Of a DNA stretch of 64,000 nt, positions 1 to 9,724 are shown one piece after another. The notes under the pieces are model-generated. The model saw only the letters and a list, made by a program, of their open reading frames with translations. It was not told the DNA's origin and did not search any database. Within the stretch, counting starts at the first letter, position 1; the number at the start of each line of letters is the position of its first letter. Source of the stretch: Candidatus Latescibacterota bacterium (lineage in GTDB: Bacteria; Latescibacterota; UBA2968; UBA8231); assembly GCA_965200315.1 (NCBI GenBank), contig OZ241362.1, positions 2,112,001 to 2,176,000 on the forward strand, written 5' to 3'. Position numbers and translations under genes: made by a program.

Positions 1-1
1 A

Positions 2-1300
2 TCGCTCATGACGCGCTTCGGCCAGCGCCGCGGCAGCATCCGCGCCTATCTCATCGATGCCGACGAGGGGCAGCTCTCGACCATGGAGGCCGGCAACGCG
101 ATCAAGCAGCTACTGCCCGAGAAGGTGGGGTACACGTACAAAATGGGCCGCTCGCGCAGTTGGTCGGGCAACCAACTCGGCGTCGAAGTCCAGCTTCACG
201 GCCGCGACCCAGAAGTCCTAGCCGTGCTAATGGAAGACGTCAAGGCCGGTCTCGAACAGCTACCCGGAGTCCAAGACGTCGATAGCAGCCTCGAAGACGG
301 CGAAGATGAAGTCCGCGTCGAAATCAACCGCGCTCAGGCACTCGGCTATGGGCTGTCGCCGCGCGAGGTCGCCCAAGGCATCTCCTCCGCCCTCGGCACT
401 CGCCGCACCAGCGGCTTCAAAAGCGACGACCGCGAAATCGACATCGTCATGCAGCTCAACGAGGGCGACCGCGCCACCCTCGATCAGCTCAAAAACAGCC
501 GCTACGAAACCCGCGACGGCACCTCGGTTCAGCTCGCGTCGTTGGCCGACTTCGAGCTTGGCCGCGGCCCCCGCGATCTCAGGCGCGAGAATCGGATGCT
601 CAACGTCACCGTCTTCGCCAACACCGAAAATCGCAACGCCGCCCGTGCGCTAATGGGACCGATCACCCAGATGATGGAAGGGATGCAGTTGCCCCCCGGC
701 TACACTTGGGATTTAGGCCGGGCGGCGCGCTGGGAGCGAGAGGAAACCAGCGACAACAACTTCACCGCGATTTTTGCCGTGCTGCTAATCTACCTCATCA
801 TGGCCTCGCTCTTTGAATCCCTGATCCATCCCTTCACCATCATCTTCGCCATCCCCTTCTCCCTGATCGGCGTGGCCTTGGGGCTGTATGTCCTCGACGT
901 GCCCTTTGACAACAACGGTGCCTTGGGGCTTTTGATCCTCTTTGGCATCGTCGTCAACAACGGCATCGTGCTGATCGCCCATATCAATCATCTGCGGGCG
1001 AGCGGGCTATCGCGGCGCGAGGCAATCTGCCTCGGCGGCCAGCACCGGCTCCGGCCCATCCTGATGACCGCCTTTACCACCATCCTCAACCTGATGCCAA
1101 TCGTGCTGCCGATGATCTACGGTACGTCCGAGGGCTTTGCCCGCCGCTGGGGGCCGGTGGGCTTGGTCGTCGCCAGCGGCTTGGCCACCTCGACGGTGCT
1201 GACCCTGATGCTGGCCCCAACTCTCTACTCGCTGTTGGACGATCTGGCGCTGTGGTGCAAGCGGGTAATGCGCGCATCGCACAGCACGGTCAACGCATGA
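2..1300 (+). CDS. AcrB/AcrD/AcrF-family RND efflux permease (5'-partial)
   Basis: C-terminal RND motifs 'FESLIHPFTII', 'GIVVNNGIVL', 'RLRPILMTAFTT'; frame open from the window edge. Confidence 0.92.
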   Translation, partial: SLMTRFGQRRGSIRAYLIDADEGQLSTMEAGNAIKQLLPEKVGYTYKMGRSRSWSGNQLGVEVQLHGRDPEVLAVLMEDVKAGLEQLPGVQDVDSSLEDGEDEVRVEINRAQALGYGLSPREVAQGISSALGTRRTSGFKSDDREIDIVMQLNEGDRATLDQLKNSRYETRDGTSVQLASLADFELGRGPRDLRRENRMLNVTVFANTENRNAARALMGPITQMMEGMQLPPGYTWDLGRAARWEREETSDNNFTAIFAVLLIYLIMASLFESLIHPFTIIFAIPFSLIGVALGLYVLDVPFDNNGALGLLILFGIVVNNGIVLIAHINHLRASGLSRREAICLGGQHRLRPILMTAFTTILNLMPIVLPMIYGTSEGFARRWGPVGLVVASGLATSTVLTLMLAPTLYSLLDDLALWCKRVMRASHSTVNA

Positions 1301-1344
1301 AGGTAGGGGCGGTGGACGCCCTAGGCTCTCAATAAGGGGTACGC

Positions 1345-3690
1345 ATGACGGACGCTGAACACAGCACAGCAGAAAACGCAGTGCCGCCTTTTCGCGCCCC
1401 GGTGCCAGCGCAGGTGCGGCGCGAACTAGCCGAGTTAGTAGGCCCCAACGAAGAACTTCGCTTAGCGGTAACCACGGACATTAAGCTCGACGGCCAGTAC
1501 GGCGAGGCGTGGCTCATGGCCACTGACGATCATTTAGTGGCCTTCAGTCCCGACAGCGGTGGACCGCCCGATGTGGTCTGCTTGCCTTTGAACGAAATAA
1601 AGGGCTTGGAAGTGCGCGAGGATTGGGGCACCGCGGCCCTCAAAGTCCGCACTGAAGAGCGGGGCGCGACCATGGCCGTATTCTCCAAGAGCTTGGTGCC
1701 GACGCTGTCCGAACTGCCCAATCAGCTCGAGCGCTTGGTCAAGCAAGCCCAGCCGAGCGAATCCGATGGACAAATGATCCACGGGCGGTTGGCCGGGGCG
1801 CGAGCCGGGCGCAAGCGCTGCGACCGCTGCGGCCAAGTTATCCCGCGCCACTACGGAGTATGCCCGGCCTGCCTAGAAAAGGGCAAGCTGCTGTTCCGGC
1901 TGTTGGGCTATGCCAAGCCGCATTGGAAGCTCATTACCTTTAGCCTGCTGCTCATGGTGGCGGCCACTACCATTGGCCTGAGCCAGCCATTGCTGCTGGG
2001 CATTCTCATCGACGATGTCTTGAATGTCGGTGCCGTTGCGTCTATGAGCGTTGGGACGAGCTTTGACCTGCTCGCCCTTTTGCCGGTGGCCGAGGACGAT
2101 CCGGTCGCGGCGTTGGCCTGGCTAGTGGGCTTGTTGATCGCGATGAACATAATCGTCAGCGGCTTATCGGGTCTGCGCAGCTATATCATGGCCCGCATCG
2201 GCCAGCGCGTCACCTACGGCCTGCGCAACGAGGTGTACACCCACCTCCACGCGCTATCGCTTAGTTATTACAACAAAAACGAGACCGGGCGCATCATGGC
2301 CAGCGTCACCCAAGACGTGGGCCGCTTGCAGGATTTTATCAGCGACGGCCTACAAGAAGCCATCCGCGATGTGCTTACTTTGGTCATCATTTGCATCATC
2401 CTCTTTGTGCTCAATCCCGGGCTGGCGGCCCTCGTGTTGCTGCCGACACCGCTGCTGGTGTGGGCGACGCTGCGCTTTGGTCGGCGGCTACACACCATCT
2501 ACCGGCCGTTGTGGCGTCGCTGGGCCGGCCTGAGTGCCCTGCTCGCCGATACCATCCCAGGGGTGCGCGTGGTCAAGGCATTTGCCCAAGAACAGCGGGA
2601 AGTGGGCAAATTCAAGGGCCGCAGCCTAGACCTGCTGCAAGGCGAACTGCGGGTGGCGTGGATGCGCAGCCTATTCGGCCCGGTCATGGCCTTTATAACC
2701 TCGGTCGGCACCATCATCATCTGGTGGGTCGGTGGGCGCGACATTTTGGCAGGTGAGCTAACATTGGGCGCCTTTGTCGCCTTTACCAGTTACATGTATC
2801 GCTTCTACGGACCAGTGGAGAGCTTGTGCCGCCTCAACCACCGCTTCCAGCGCGCCGCCACCTCGGCTGAGCGCGTCTTTGACGTGCTCGATACCCACCC
2901 AGAGATAATTGACCAGCCCGAAGCTATGATCATGCCGCCTATCGAAGGCCGAGTTGAATTTCGCGGCGTCCACTTTGGCTATGAGGAAGACAAGCCGGTC
3001 ATTGAGGATTTGGACTTCGCCGTGGAGCCGGGCGAGATGATCGGCTTGGCCGGTCACAGCGGCGCTGGCAAGAGCACCCTGATCAACCTCATCTGCCGCT
3101 TCTACGAGCCGCAAGAGGGCGCCATTTTCATCGACGGCCGCGACACCCGCCAAGTGAACCTCAAATCGCTGCGCGAACAGATTGGCGTGGTCTTGCAGGA
3201 CCCGTTCCTCTTCAACGGCACCGTAGCCGAGAACATCGCCTACGGCCATCCCGAATCTTCCCTCGAACAGACCATGGCCGCGGCCAAGGCCGCCAACGCC
3301 CACGACTTCATCATGAACATGCCCGACGGGTACGACACCATGGTCGGCGAGCGCGGCATCCGAGTATCTGGGGGCGAGCGGCAGCGGCTGTCCATTGCGC
3401 GGGCCATTTTGCGCGACCCGCGCATCCTCATCCTCGACGAAGCTACCTCCAACGTCGATACCCAGACCGAAGCGCAGATTCAGGAGGCCTTGGAGCGGCT
3501 GGTCCAAGGGCGCACCACCTTTGCCATTGCCCACCGCTTATCGACCCTCAAAAACGCCCACCGCCTGCTCATCCTCGACAAGGGCAAACTCGCCGAAATA
3601 GGCACCCACGACGAGCTGATTGCGCAGGACGGCATCTACGCCAACTTGTGCCGCCTACAGACTGAAATGTCCAAACTGAGGGCTTGGTAG
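1345..3690 (+). CDS. ABC exporter (TMD+NBD) with ~180-aa N-terminal extension ending in a CxxC-x10-CxxC Zn ribbon
   Basis: Walker A GHSGAGKST, signature VSGGERQ, Walker B ILILDEAT, H-loop IAHRLST; N-terminal CDRC...CPAC. Confidence 0.93.
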   Translation: MTDAEHSTAENAVPPFRAPVPAQVRRELAELVGPNEELRLAVTTDIKLDGQYGEAWLMATDDHLVAFSPDSGGPPDVVCLPLNEIKGLEVREDWGTAALKVRTEERGATMAVFSKSLVPTLSELPNQLERLVKQAQPSESDGQMIHGRLAGARAGRKRCDRCGQVIPRHYGVCPACLEKGKLLFRLLGYAKPHWKLITFSLLLMVAATTIGLSQPLLLGILIDDVLNVGAVASMSVGTSFDLLALLPVAEDDPVAALAWLVGLLIAMNIIVSGLSGLRSYIMARIGQRVTYGLRNEVYTHLHALSLSYYNKNETGRIMASVTQDVGRLQDFISDGLQEAIRDVLTLVIICIILFVLNPGLAALVLLPTPLLVWATLRFGRRLHTIYRPLWRRWAGLSALLADTIPGVRVVKAFAQEQREVGKFKGRSLDLLQGELRVAWMRSLFGPVMAFITSVGTIIIWWVGGRDILAGELTLGAFVAFTSYMYRFYGPVESLCRLNHRFQRAATSAERVFDVLDTHPEIIDQPEAMIMPPIEGRVEFRGVHFGYEEDKPVIEDLDFAVEPGEMIGLAGHSGAGKSTLINLICRFYEPQEGAIFIDGRDTRQVNLKSLREQIGVVLQDPFLFNGTVAENIAYGHPESSLEQTMAAAKAANAHDFIMNMPDGYDTMVGERGIRVSGGERQRLSIARAILRDPRILILDEATSNVDTQTEAQIQEALERLVQGRTTFAIAHRLSTLKNAHRLLILDKGKLAEIGTHDELIAQDGIYANLCRLQTEMSKLRAW

Positions 3691-3744
3691 CACCCCAAAA
3701 ATCCGACTATCCATGCCCGCAAGAGAGAGCTGGTTTTCAAATCT

Positions 3745-4257
3745 ATGCAGCAACGCCACAAATTAGCCGCTGAAGTCACTTATCTCGACCCGGACAAAGC
3801 GCGGTTTTTCGTCGATGCTTTCGAGGACTTGAACCTAGAGTTGGCCGGGGATCAAACCTATTCCAGAATCCGAGTCAAACGGGCTTTTCCCCTGACCTGC
3901 GACGACTGCTTCATCGTCGTCCAAGACCGCAAAGGCAAGGAGATTGGCTCGCTAGCCCGGCTCGACGCGCTCGACCGAGACAGCCGCCAAGCGGTGGAAG
4001 ACGAATTGGAACGGGCCTATTTCATCCCGCGCATCCAGCGCATCGCCAAGGGGACAACGGCCAACCGAGTGCCGCGCTGGGAGGTAGAGACTGACCGAGG
4101 ACCCCGCGCCTTTGAAATCTATTCCGGCCGCCGCGACGTGCGCCTTTTGGGCGATGGACGGATCCTAGTGCAAGACGCCGACGGCAACCGCTACGAGATT
4201 CCCGATTACCGGCGTCTAGATCCAGCGAGCCGAGCCTTGGTCGAGGAAATGGTGTGA
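3745..4257 (+). CDS. DUF1854-like protein
   Basis: Motifs 'KRAFPL', 'WEVETDRGPR', 'DADGNRYEIPD'; follows an ABC exporter; paralog at 41230-41760. Confidence 0.8.
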   Translation: MQQRHKLAAEVTYLDPDKARFFVDAFEDLNLELAGDQTYSRIRVKRAFPLTCDDCFIVVQDRKGKEIGSLARLDALDRDSRQAVEDELERAYFIPRIQRIAKGTTANRVPRWEVETDRGPRAFEIYSGRRDVRLLGDGRILVQDADGNRYEIPDYRRLDPASRALVEEMV

Positions 4258-4316
4258 GGAGCTATAGACGATAGCGAAATAGGTTCGCTAATTTAGGTAC
4301 CGTCAGAGCCAGCACC

Positions 4317-4342
4317 TGTCGTGCTGAGCGCAGCGAAGCATC
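4317..4342 (+). repeat. Short REP-like intergenic repeat
   Basis: tgtcgtgctgagcgcagcgaagcatc matches the reverse complement of 37603-37628 at 23/26 positions. Confidence 0.6.
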
Positions 4343-4388
4343 TTCTACCTAATAACACCTGCCTCACCACCCAGCGAAAGGAAAACCC

Positions 4389-5376
4389 ATGCGCCAAGGT
4401 ATATTCAAGTTGTCAATGACCCTAGGCAGAAGCCCGCGCGAGCAACCCGAGCGAGTGAAGATCTGCCGGAAAATGGGCGTCACCGGCTGCGTGACAAAAG
4501 CCGCCTCTCGAAGGGCTCGGCCGCGATCAATACGCCGCGGCCATGCGCCAGCAGCAGGAATGGGCCGAGGCTGGTTTTTCGATTCCCGTGTACGAGACCA
4601 TGACACCCACCCCCTCCCAGCACATCCGCCGAGGCACCCCAGGCCGCGATGAGGAACTATTGGACTTTATCGCCTCAGTAGAGGCCATGGGCCAAGTCGG
4701 CATTCCCGTGCTGTGCTACAACCTCGGCGCGGGCGGCGCACGCACCGATTGGGTGCCCACGCACGGCGGTGCCATCTCCTCGCAATTCGACTACGCGGAG
4801 TCGCACGAGGAGTCGCCTTTGGCCGAGCCTCAAACAGAGGAAGAGCTTTGGGACAACCTGACGTGGCTGCTCGAACGCATCATTCCCGTCGCCGAAAAGG
4901 CCCAAGTCCGCATGGGCTATCATCCCAACGATCCGCCGATTTCGCCCTATCGAGGGTCCGCCCAAATCATGGTCAGTGCCGACGCGTACCGCCGCCTGAT
5001 CAACATCGCGCCGAGTCCCAACAACGGCGTCACATTCTGCCAAGGCAACTTCAAGGCCATGGGCGAGGACATCTACTCGGTGGCGCGGGAGTTCACAGAG
5101 CAAGGCAAGGTTCACTTTATCCACTACCGAGACGTCGAGGGCACCGCGGGAACGCGGTTTACGGAAACCTTTCACGACGACGGTCCCACAGATATGGCGC
5201 GGATGCTGGAAATCTACGCCCGCGCCGGCTTCGTAGGCCCCATCCGCCCCGATCACGCGCCAACGATGGGGTCCGAGGACTCAGAGACGACCCGTGGCTA
5301 CGGCATGTTGGGGAAAATTTTCGCCTTCGGCTACATGATCGGCATGATGCAGGCGCAAAACTTGGCCTACGAATGA
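4389..5376 (+). pseudogene. uxuA: Mannonate dehydratase (UxuA-like), frameshifted near 4496-4499 (or assembly error)
   Basis: 'YHPNDPP', 'GVTFCQGNF', 'HFIHYRDV', 'IRPDHAPT'; removing one A from the A4 run joins the 4389 frame to the 4543 frame (…GCVTKPPLEGLGRDQYAAAMRQQ…). Confidence 0.75.
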
Positions 5377-5389
5377 GGAGGAGCCACGA

Positions 5390-6634
5390 ATGAAGATCGA
5401 CGATATCGATATCTATTGTATCGAACCAGAAGTTTTGCCAGCGGTCCCCGACTATCCACCATTCCTGTCGGCACTACACCAGCGCGTAGTTTTCAAAGTC
5501 AGCCTCGACAACGGAATCGTCGGCTACGGCGAGTACCGCTGCTACGCGCCCGACAAATCGGCCGTCGAGCCGCTGATCGGACGCAATCCCTTTGATTTTA
5601 TCAACCACGATCTCAATATCGGCCTCAGCCAGTGGTGCTTGGGATTGTCGGCGGCGCTCTACGACGCCATGGGCAAGTATCTCGAAATCCCCGCCTACAA
5701 GCTGATGGGGACGAAGGTGCGGGACCGGGTCGCAGTCGCCGCGTGGACGCGCCCCTCGCCCCCGGACGTGCTGAGCCGAGAGGTACAACGCGCCGTTGAT
5801 CAAGGCTACATGCTGTTCAAAATGCACACCTGCCACCACTACGACGTGTTTGAACAAAACGAGGCCGTGGAGCAAACCGCCCCCGATCGCTTTCGCATTC
5901 AGTACGACTTCAACCACAACCGCTCCCTCGGCGTAGTCCTGCCGATCCTCAAGCGGCTGGAAAAGTCGTGGGTAGTGGGTTGCGTGGAGGACCCTTTGGT
6001 CTTGTCCGACATCGACGGTTGGCGACGGTTGCGGGAGAAGACCCACCTCCCGCTCTACATGCACGTGCCGCCGCTCGGCGGCCTACAGGAGCTGCTGCAC
6101 GGGCTCGCCGATGGCTATATCATCGGCGAATACTGCGGCGGTTTCGGCGACGCCTTGCAGCGCGGCTTTGCTTACTCAAAGGCCAACATTCCCTCGGTCA
6201 TTCAGCTCACGGGTGGCACCTTAGTCACGGCCTTTGCCCTGCACTTGGGAGCGGTTCTGCCAAAGGTCGCCCATACCATCACGCTCGACGACAACTACGT
6301 CGAAGATCTCGCAGCAACGCGCATTCCCGTCATCGAAGGGTGTTCTCCCGTGCCAGAAGGACCAGGCCTAGGCGTCGATGTGCGGGCGGCGGAACTCGAG
6401 CGCTTGGCCAATAGGCCGCCGAGAGAAACGCCGCGGGTCCTCGGCGTCGCGACGCTGCCCGGAGGCGGCACCCTGTTCTCAGTAGGCTTTCCCAATCTGG
6501 AATCCCTGCTGGGATACCAAGAGGGAACGATTCGCGGCCTTCGCTTTGAGCTGCGCCAAGACGACGGCTCAGAGGAGTTCGCTCGCCTCTACGAACGCGC
6601 ACAACGCGAAGGCTCCATCCTCGAGGCTCGATGA
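5390..6634 (+). CDS. Mandelate racemase/muconate lactonizing (enolase superfamily) enzyme
   Basis: 'GIVGYGE', 'ALYDAMGK..PAYKLMG', 'FKMH', 'YDFN', 'VEDP', 'PEGPGLGV'. Confidence 0.85.
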   Translation: MKIDDIDIYCIEPEVLPAVPDYPPFLSALHQRVVFKVSLDNGIVGYGEYRCYAPDKSAVEPLIGRNPFDFINHDLNIGLSQWCLGLSAALYDAMGKYLEIPAYKLMGTKVRDRVAVAAWTRPSPPDVLSREVQRAVDQGYMLFKMHTCHHYDVFEQNEAVEQTAPDRFRIQYDFNHNRSLGVVLPILKRLEKSWVVGCVEDPLVLSDIDGWRRLREKTHLPLYMHVPPLGGLQELLHGLADGYIIGEYCGGFGDALQRGFAYSKANIPSVIQLTGGTLVTAFALHLGAVLPKVAHTITLDDNYVEDLAATRIPVIEGCSPVPEGPGLGVDVRAAELERLANRPPRETPRVLGVATLPGGGTLFSVGFPNLESLLGYQEGTIRGLRFELRQDDGSEEFARLYERAQREGSILEAR

Positions 6635-7245
6635 GAAAGGTCTCCGCCGAGTACCCCGTGCTGAGGTCGGCGCGGCTGTGGCTGCGTCCCTTTGCGCTGG
6701 CAGACTGTGCCGAGGTCAACCGCCTAGTCGGCGACTCGGCGGTATCCTCCACGCTGGTTGCCGTAGAGTATCCCTACAGCGAGGACATGGCCCGCCGCTG
6801 GATCGCCAAACACCAGCCGAGCTACGACGCCGGCGGGGCGCTGAACTTCGCCGTAGAAGAGCGAGCAAGCCGGGTGCTGATCGGCTTCATCGGGGTTGGC
6901 GGCGATGAGCGCCGGGCTGGCATGGGCTACTGGTATGGCCGGCCGTTCTGGGGTAAAGGCTATGCCACCGAGGCTGGCCGCACCACCGTGGCCTTTGGCT
7001 TTGAGGAACTCGGCCTCGAGCGGATGGAGGCGTCGCACCTGAAGGACAACCTAACTTCCGGTCGAGCACTGCAAAAAATGGGCATGTCTCACGAGGGCCG
7101 CCGGGCCCACTACGTCCCCAAGTGGGATGCCCATTGCGACAAGGAAGAGTACGCCATCGACCGAGCGGATTATTTGCGATTGCGCACTGAGAGGCCGGAG
7201 CGCTATCGCTACGAACGCTTGGTGCCTATGCCGTCTACGGGCTAA
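6631..7245 (+). CDS. RimJ/RimL-like GNAT N-acetyltransferase
   Basis: 'GYWYGRPFWGKGYATEA', 'N..S.R.LQKMGM..EG'. Confidence 0.9.
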   Translation: MRKVSAEYPVLRSARLWLRPFALADCAEVNRLVGDSAVSSTLVAVEYPYSEDMARRWIAKHQPSYDAGGALNFAVEERASRVLIGFIGVGGDERRAGMGYWYGRPFWGKGYATEAGRTTVAFGFEELGLERMEASHLKDNLTSGRALQKMGMSHEGRRAHYVPKWDAHCDKEEYAIDRADYLRLRTERPERYRYERLVPMPSTG

Positions 7246-7309
7246 CCATTCCAGCATTTCTAGGCTCCCCACATTGTGACAAGTCGCAGACAGTGCTTGC
7301 AATCAAACC

Positions 7310-7768
7310 ATGATGGCCGATAGTAAAAGAGACAGTGGAGCCATTCTGCGTCGGGGTGTCCTGCTGATATTTGTTCTAGGAACCGCAGGACTGGGCACCG
7401 AGTTGCTGCTGCTAGGGCATTTTGCAGAATGGCGTCAGCAGGTGCCCTTGGTGTTGCTAGCACTTGGGTTGGTCTTATTGGCAGTGCGGATGCTCTACCG
7501 GGCCGCGATTATTCTGCGTCTGTTCCGCTTGACCATGCTCGCTTTCGTCTTAGGCGGCATAGTCGGTCTCTGGTTTCATCTTAGTTCTAATATGGAATTT
7601 GAATTGGAAATGTACCCGACGCTGACTGGGTTGGAACTGCTATCTAAAGCGTTGGGCGGTGCCATGCCAGCGCTGGCACCTGGGGCACTGGTCCAGCTAG
7701 GACTGATCGGGTTTCTTTACACGCACCAACACCCGGCGCTAATCCGGGAGCGAACAAAGGAGAATTAA
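7310..7768 (+). CDS. Uncharacterised 4-TM membrane protein
   Basis: Four hydrophobic segments; stop 3 bp before the HhH gene. Confidence 0.7.
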   Translation: MMADSKRDSGAILRRGVLLIFVLGTAGLGTELLLLGHFAEWRQQVPLVLLALGLVLLAVRMLYRAAIILRLFRLTMLAFVLGGIVGLWFHLSSNMEFELEMYPTLTGLELLSKALGGAMPALAPGALVQLGLIGFLYTHQHPALIRERTKEN

Positions 7769-7771
7769 GTA

Positions 7772-8404
7772 ATGCAGCGCGTCATTTCAGCCGTGATTTT
7801 AACCATCTGCCTCTATGGTAGCAGCGCCCAAGGGCAGGTCGGCAAAAACGAAACGGTTCTCAACCCCAACCGAGCAGGAGTCGAACAACTGTTGGCCTTA
7901 GCCCAACTCGATTCGGCGTTAGTCGAGGGGATTGCGGCGCGGCGGCCTTTTATCGGCATGGAAGCGTTCAATGCCTATTTGGATTCGACCTTGGCGGACT
8001 CGGCCCAAGCCGAGCTGTATGTCAAGCTCTTCCTGCCGATCAACCTCAATACCGCCAGCGACGCCGAGATGAAACTAGTGCCGGGAGTGGGCAAGCGCAT
8101 GGCGCACGAGTTTGACGAATACAGACCCTACAAAAACATGGCCCAGTGGCGGCGAGAAATCGGAAAATACGTCGATGAACACGAACTGGCGCGGCTGGAG
8201 CAGTACGTCTTCGTGCCGCTCGAACTCAACAGCGCCAGCGAGGCAGACTTCCTCACGATCCCGGGAGTGGGCAAGCGCATGGCGCACGAGTTTGAGGAAT
8301 ACAGACCCTACAAAAACATGGCCCAGTGGCGGCGAGAAATCGGAAAATACGTCGATGAACACGAACTGACGCGACTGGAACGGTATGTGTTTCTTGAAGA
8401 ATAG
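7772..8404 (+). CDS. Secreted helix-hairpin-helix (ComEA-like) protein with internal 60-aa duplication
   Basis: Signal peptide; two 'LN.AS......PGVGKRMA' HhH units. Confidence 0.8.
   Translation: MQRVISAVILTICLYGSSAQGQVGKNETVLNPNRAGVEQLLALAQLDSALVEGIAARRPFIGMEAFNAYLDSTLADSAQAELYVKLFLPINLNTASDAEMKLVPGVGKRMAHEFDEYRPYKNMAQWRREIGKYVDEHELARLEQYVFVPLELNSASEADFLTIPGVGKRMAHEFEEYRPYKNMAQWRREIGKYVDEHELTRLERYVFLEE
8081..8368 (+). repeat. Intragenic direct repeat, 108 bp x2, 180-bp period
   Basis: 8081-8188 and 8261-8368 differ at one base. Confidence 0.95.
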
Positions 8405-8441
8405 GCCCTAGGAGCGCTTGCGATGGGAGACCTAGGAGCTG

Positions 8442-8842
8442 ATGGGACAACTCTTTGAAGTGATTCGACAACGGGTCCCAGAGCCAGCACACCTCCGAGC
8501 GGTTGGAAGAACGTGGTATCATGGAGTGGCAGGGATAGAGGGCGGCGAATGGATCGCCGAGCGGCCAGACGCGATGCCCAACCCGGCTGTCGAAATACGC
8601 GAATCATTGCCCGACGGTACGGAATACAAGGCCGTTTGGTCTCATCTGCGTCAGACAGGTGTCGCTAAGCTGATAACCGTATTTTTAATGGAGATTGGGC
8701 CATGCGCATTCCTATACAACGAATCAAGCGAACGCGGCTAATTCAGACTGATAGGTTTGTGGTTGCGGTAGAGGTCGAGATGGTCGTCCCAGCCGATTTG
8801 ACTAAAAAAGGCAAGGGGTACGCTGCCGTGGATGCAGCGTAA
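8442..8842 (+). pseudogene. Decayed two-gene module (DUF4258-like toxin plus short partner 8702-8842)
   Basis: 'QHTSERLEERGIMEWQ' (8485-8532) is out of frame with the flanking 'MGQLFEVIRQ' and 'KAVWSHLRQTGVAKLITV'; 46-aa partner ORF 'MRIPIQRIKRTRLIQTDRFVVAVEVEM…'. Confidence 0.5.
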
Positions 8843-8853
8843 AATTTCATACC

Positions 8854-9432
8854 ATGGCCAAGACCGACCGCAAAAAGCTCATCCTCGAAGAGGCGGCTCG
8901 TCTCTTCTCGGCCAAGCGCTTCGACGAAGTGCTCATGGACGACATTGCCCACCAAGCCGGCGTCGGCAAGGGGACGATCTACACGTACTTTGCCGACAAG
9001 GAAGAGCTGTACTTTGCAGTGGTTTTTGAAGGCATCCGGCGGCTCAACGAGCAACTCCGGCGCAAGGCCAATCGCCAGCAGGACCCCGAAGATGAACTCC
9101 GGCGGATCGTCCACGCCATCGTCTCCTTCTTCAGCCAGAACCGCTTCTTCTTTCGCTTGATGTCGCACGAGGACGGCAAGAGCGAGGACGGCAGGGGCGA
9201 AAACCGCAAGCGCTGGCGCGAGGAACGACGCATCCAACTCGCGGCAATCGAAACGGTCCTACAAAACGGCGCTGAGGATGGCGTCTTCTCAGTCGAGCAC
9301 CCGCAGGTCGAAGCCGCTATCCTCCGCGACATGGTGCGCTCGGTGATGATCCACTCAAGGAGCCTGAGCGCCGAAGCGATGGTCGATACCATCATGCGTA
9401 TCTTCCTCCAAGGCGTGCGCAAGAGGCCGTGA
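8854..9432 (+). CDS. TetR/AcrR-family transcriptional regulator
   Basis: HTH 'MDDIAHQAGVGKGTIYTYFADKEEL'. Confidence 0.95.
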   Translation: MAKTDRKKLILEEAARLFSAKRFDEVLMDDIAHQAGVGKGTIYTYFADKEELYFAVVFEGIRRLNEQLRRKANRQQDPEDELRRIVHAIVSFFSQNRFFFRLMSHEDGKSEDGRGENRKRWREERRIQLAAIETVLQNGAEDGVFSVEHPQVEAAILRDMVRSVMIHSRSLSAEAMVDTIMRIFLQGVRKRP

Positions 9433-9724
9433 GCCGCGCTCGCGCTATCTATGACCGTCATTAGTTGAGAGCGGGTCGATACCCTCACCAAGCTGCAACG
9501 CCTCGACCTCCTCTCGACCGTAATCAGCTAAGCGGCTGTATCCCATCAGCCTTATTTGACCTAGAAACGGAGCTACCCGTGGGTCGGCTGAGACCAAGCA
9601 GCCGGCGGCTGAGATGACGCCTGAAATCGTATATGTCATGCCGGTCTCCATTTTTGAGTATGTATCACCATAAGTATGTGGCAGATAACCCCATAGCCTC
9701 TCGCATCGTCGCTCTACAATCCCC

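Noticed and set aside
4491-4503. Programmed frameshift in uxuA
   Set aside because: Needs +1; no canonical slippery heptamer or stimulator; error or mutation is simpler
9445-9724. Possible small minus-strand ORF between TetR and PhyH genes
   Set aside because: No recognisable motif; cannot distinguish a relic from a spurious ORF
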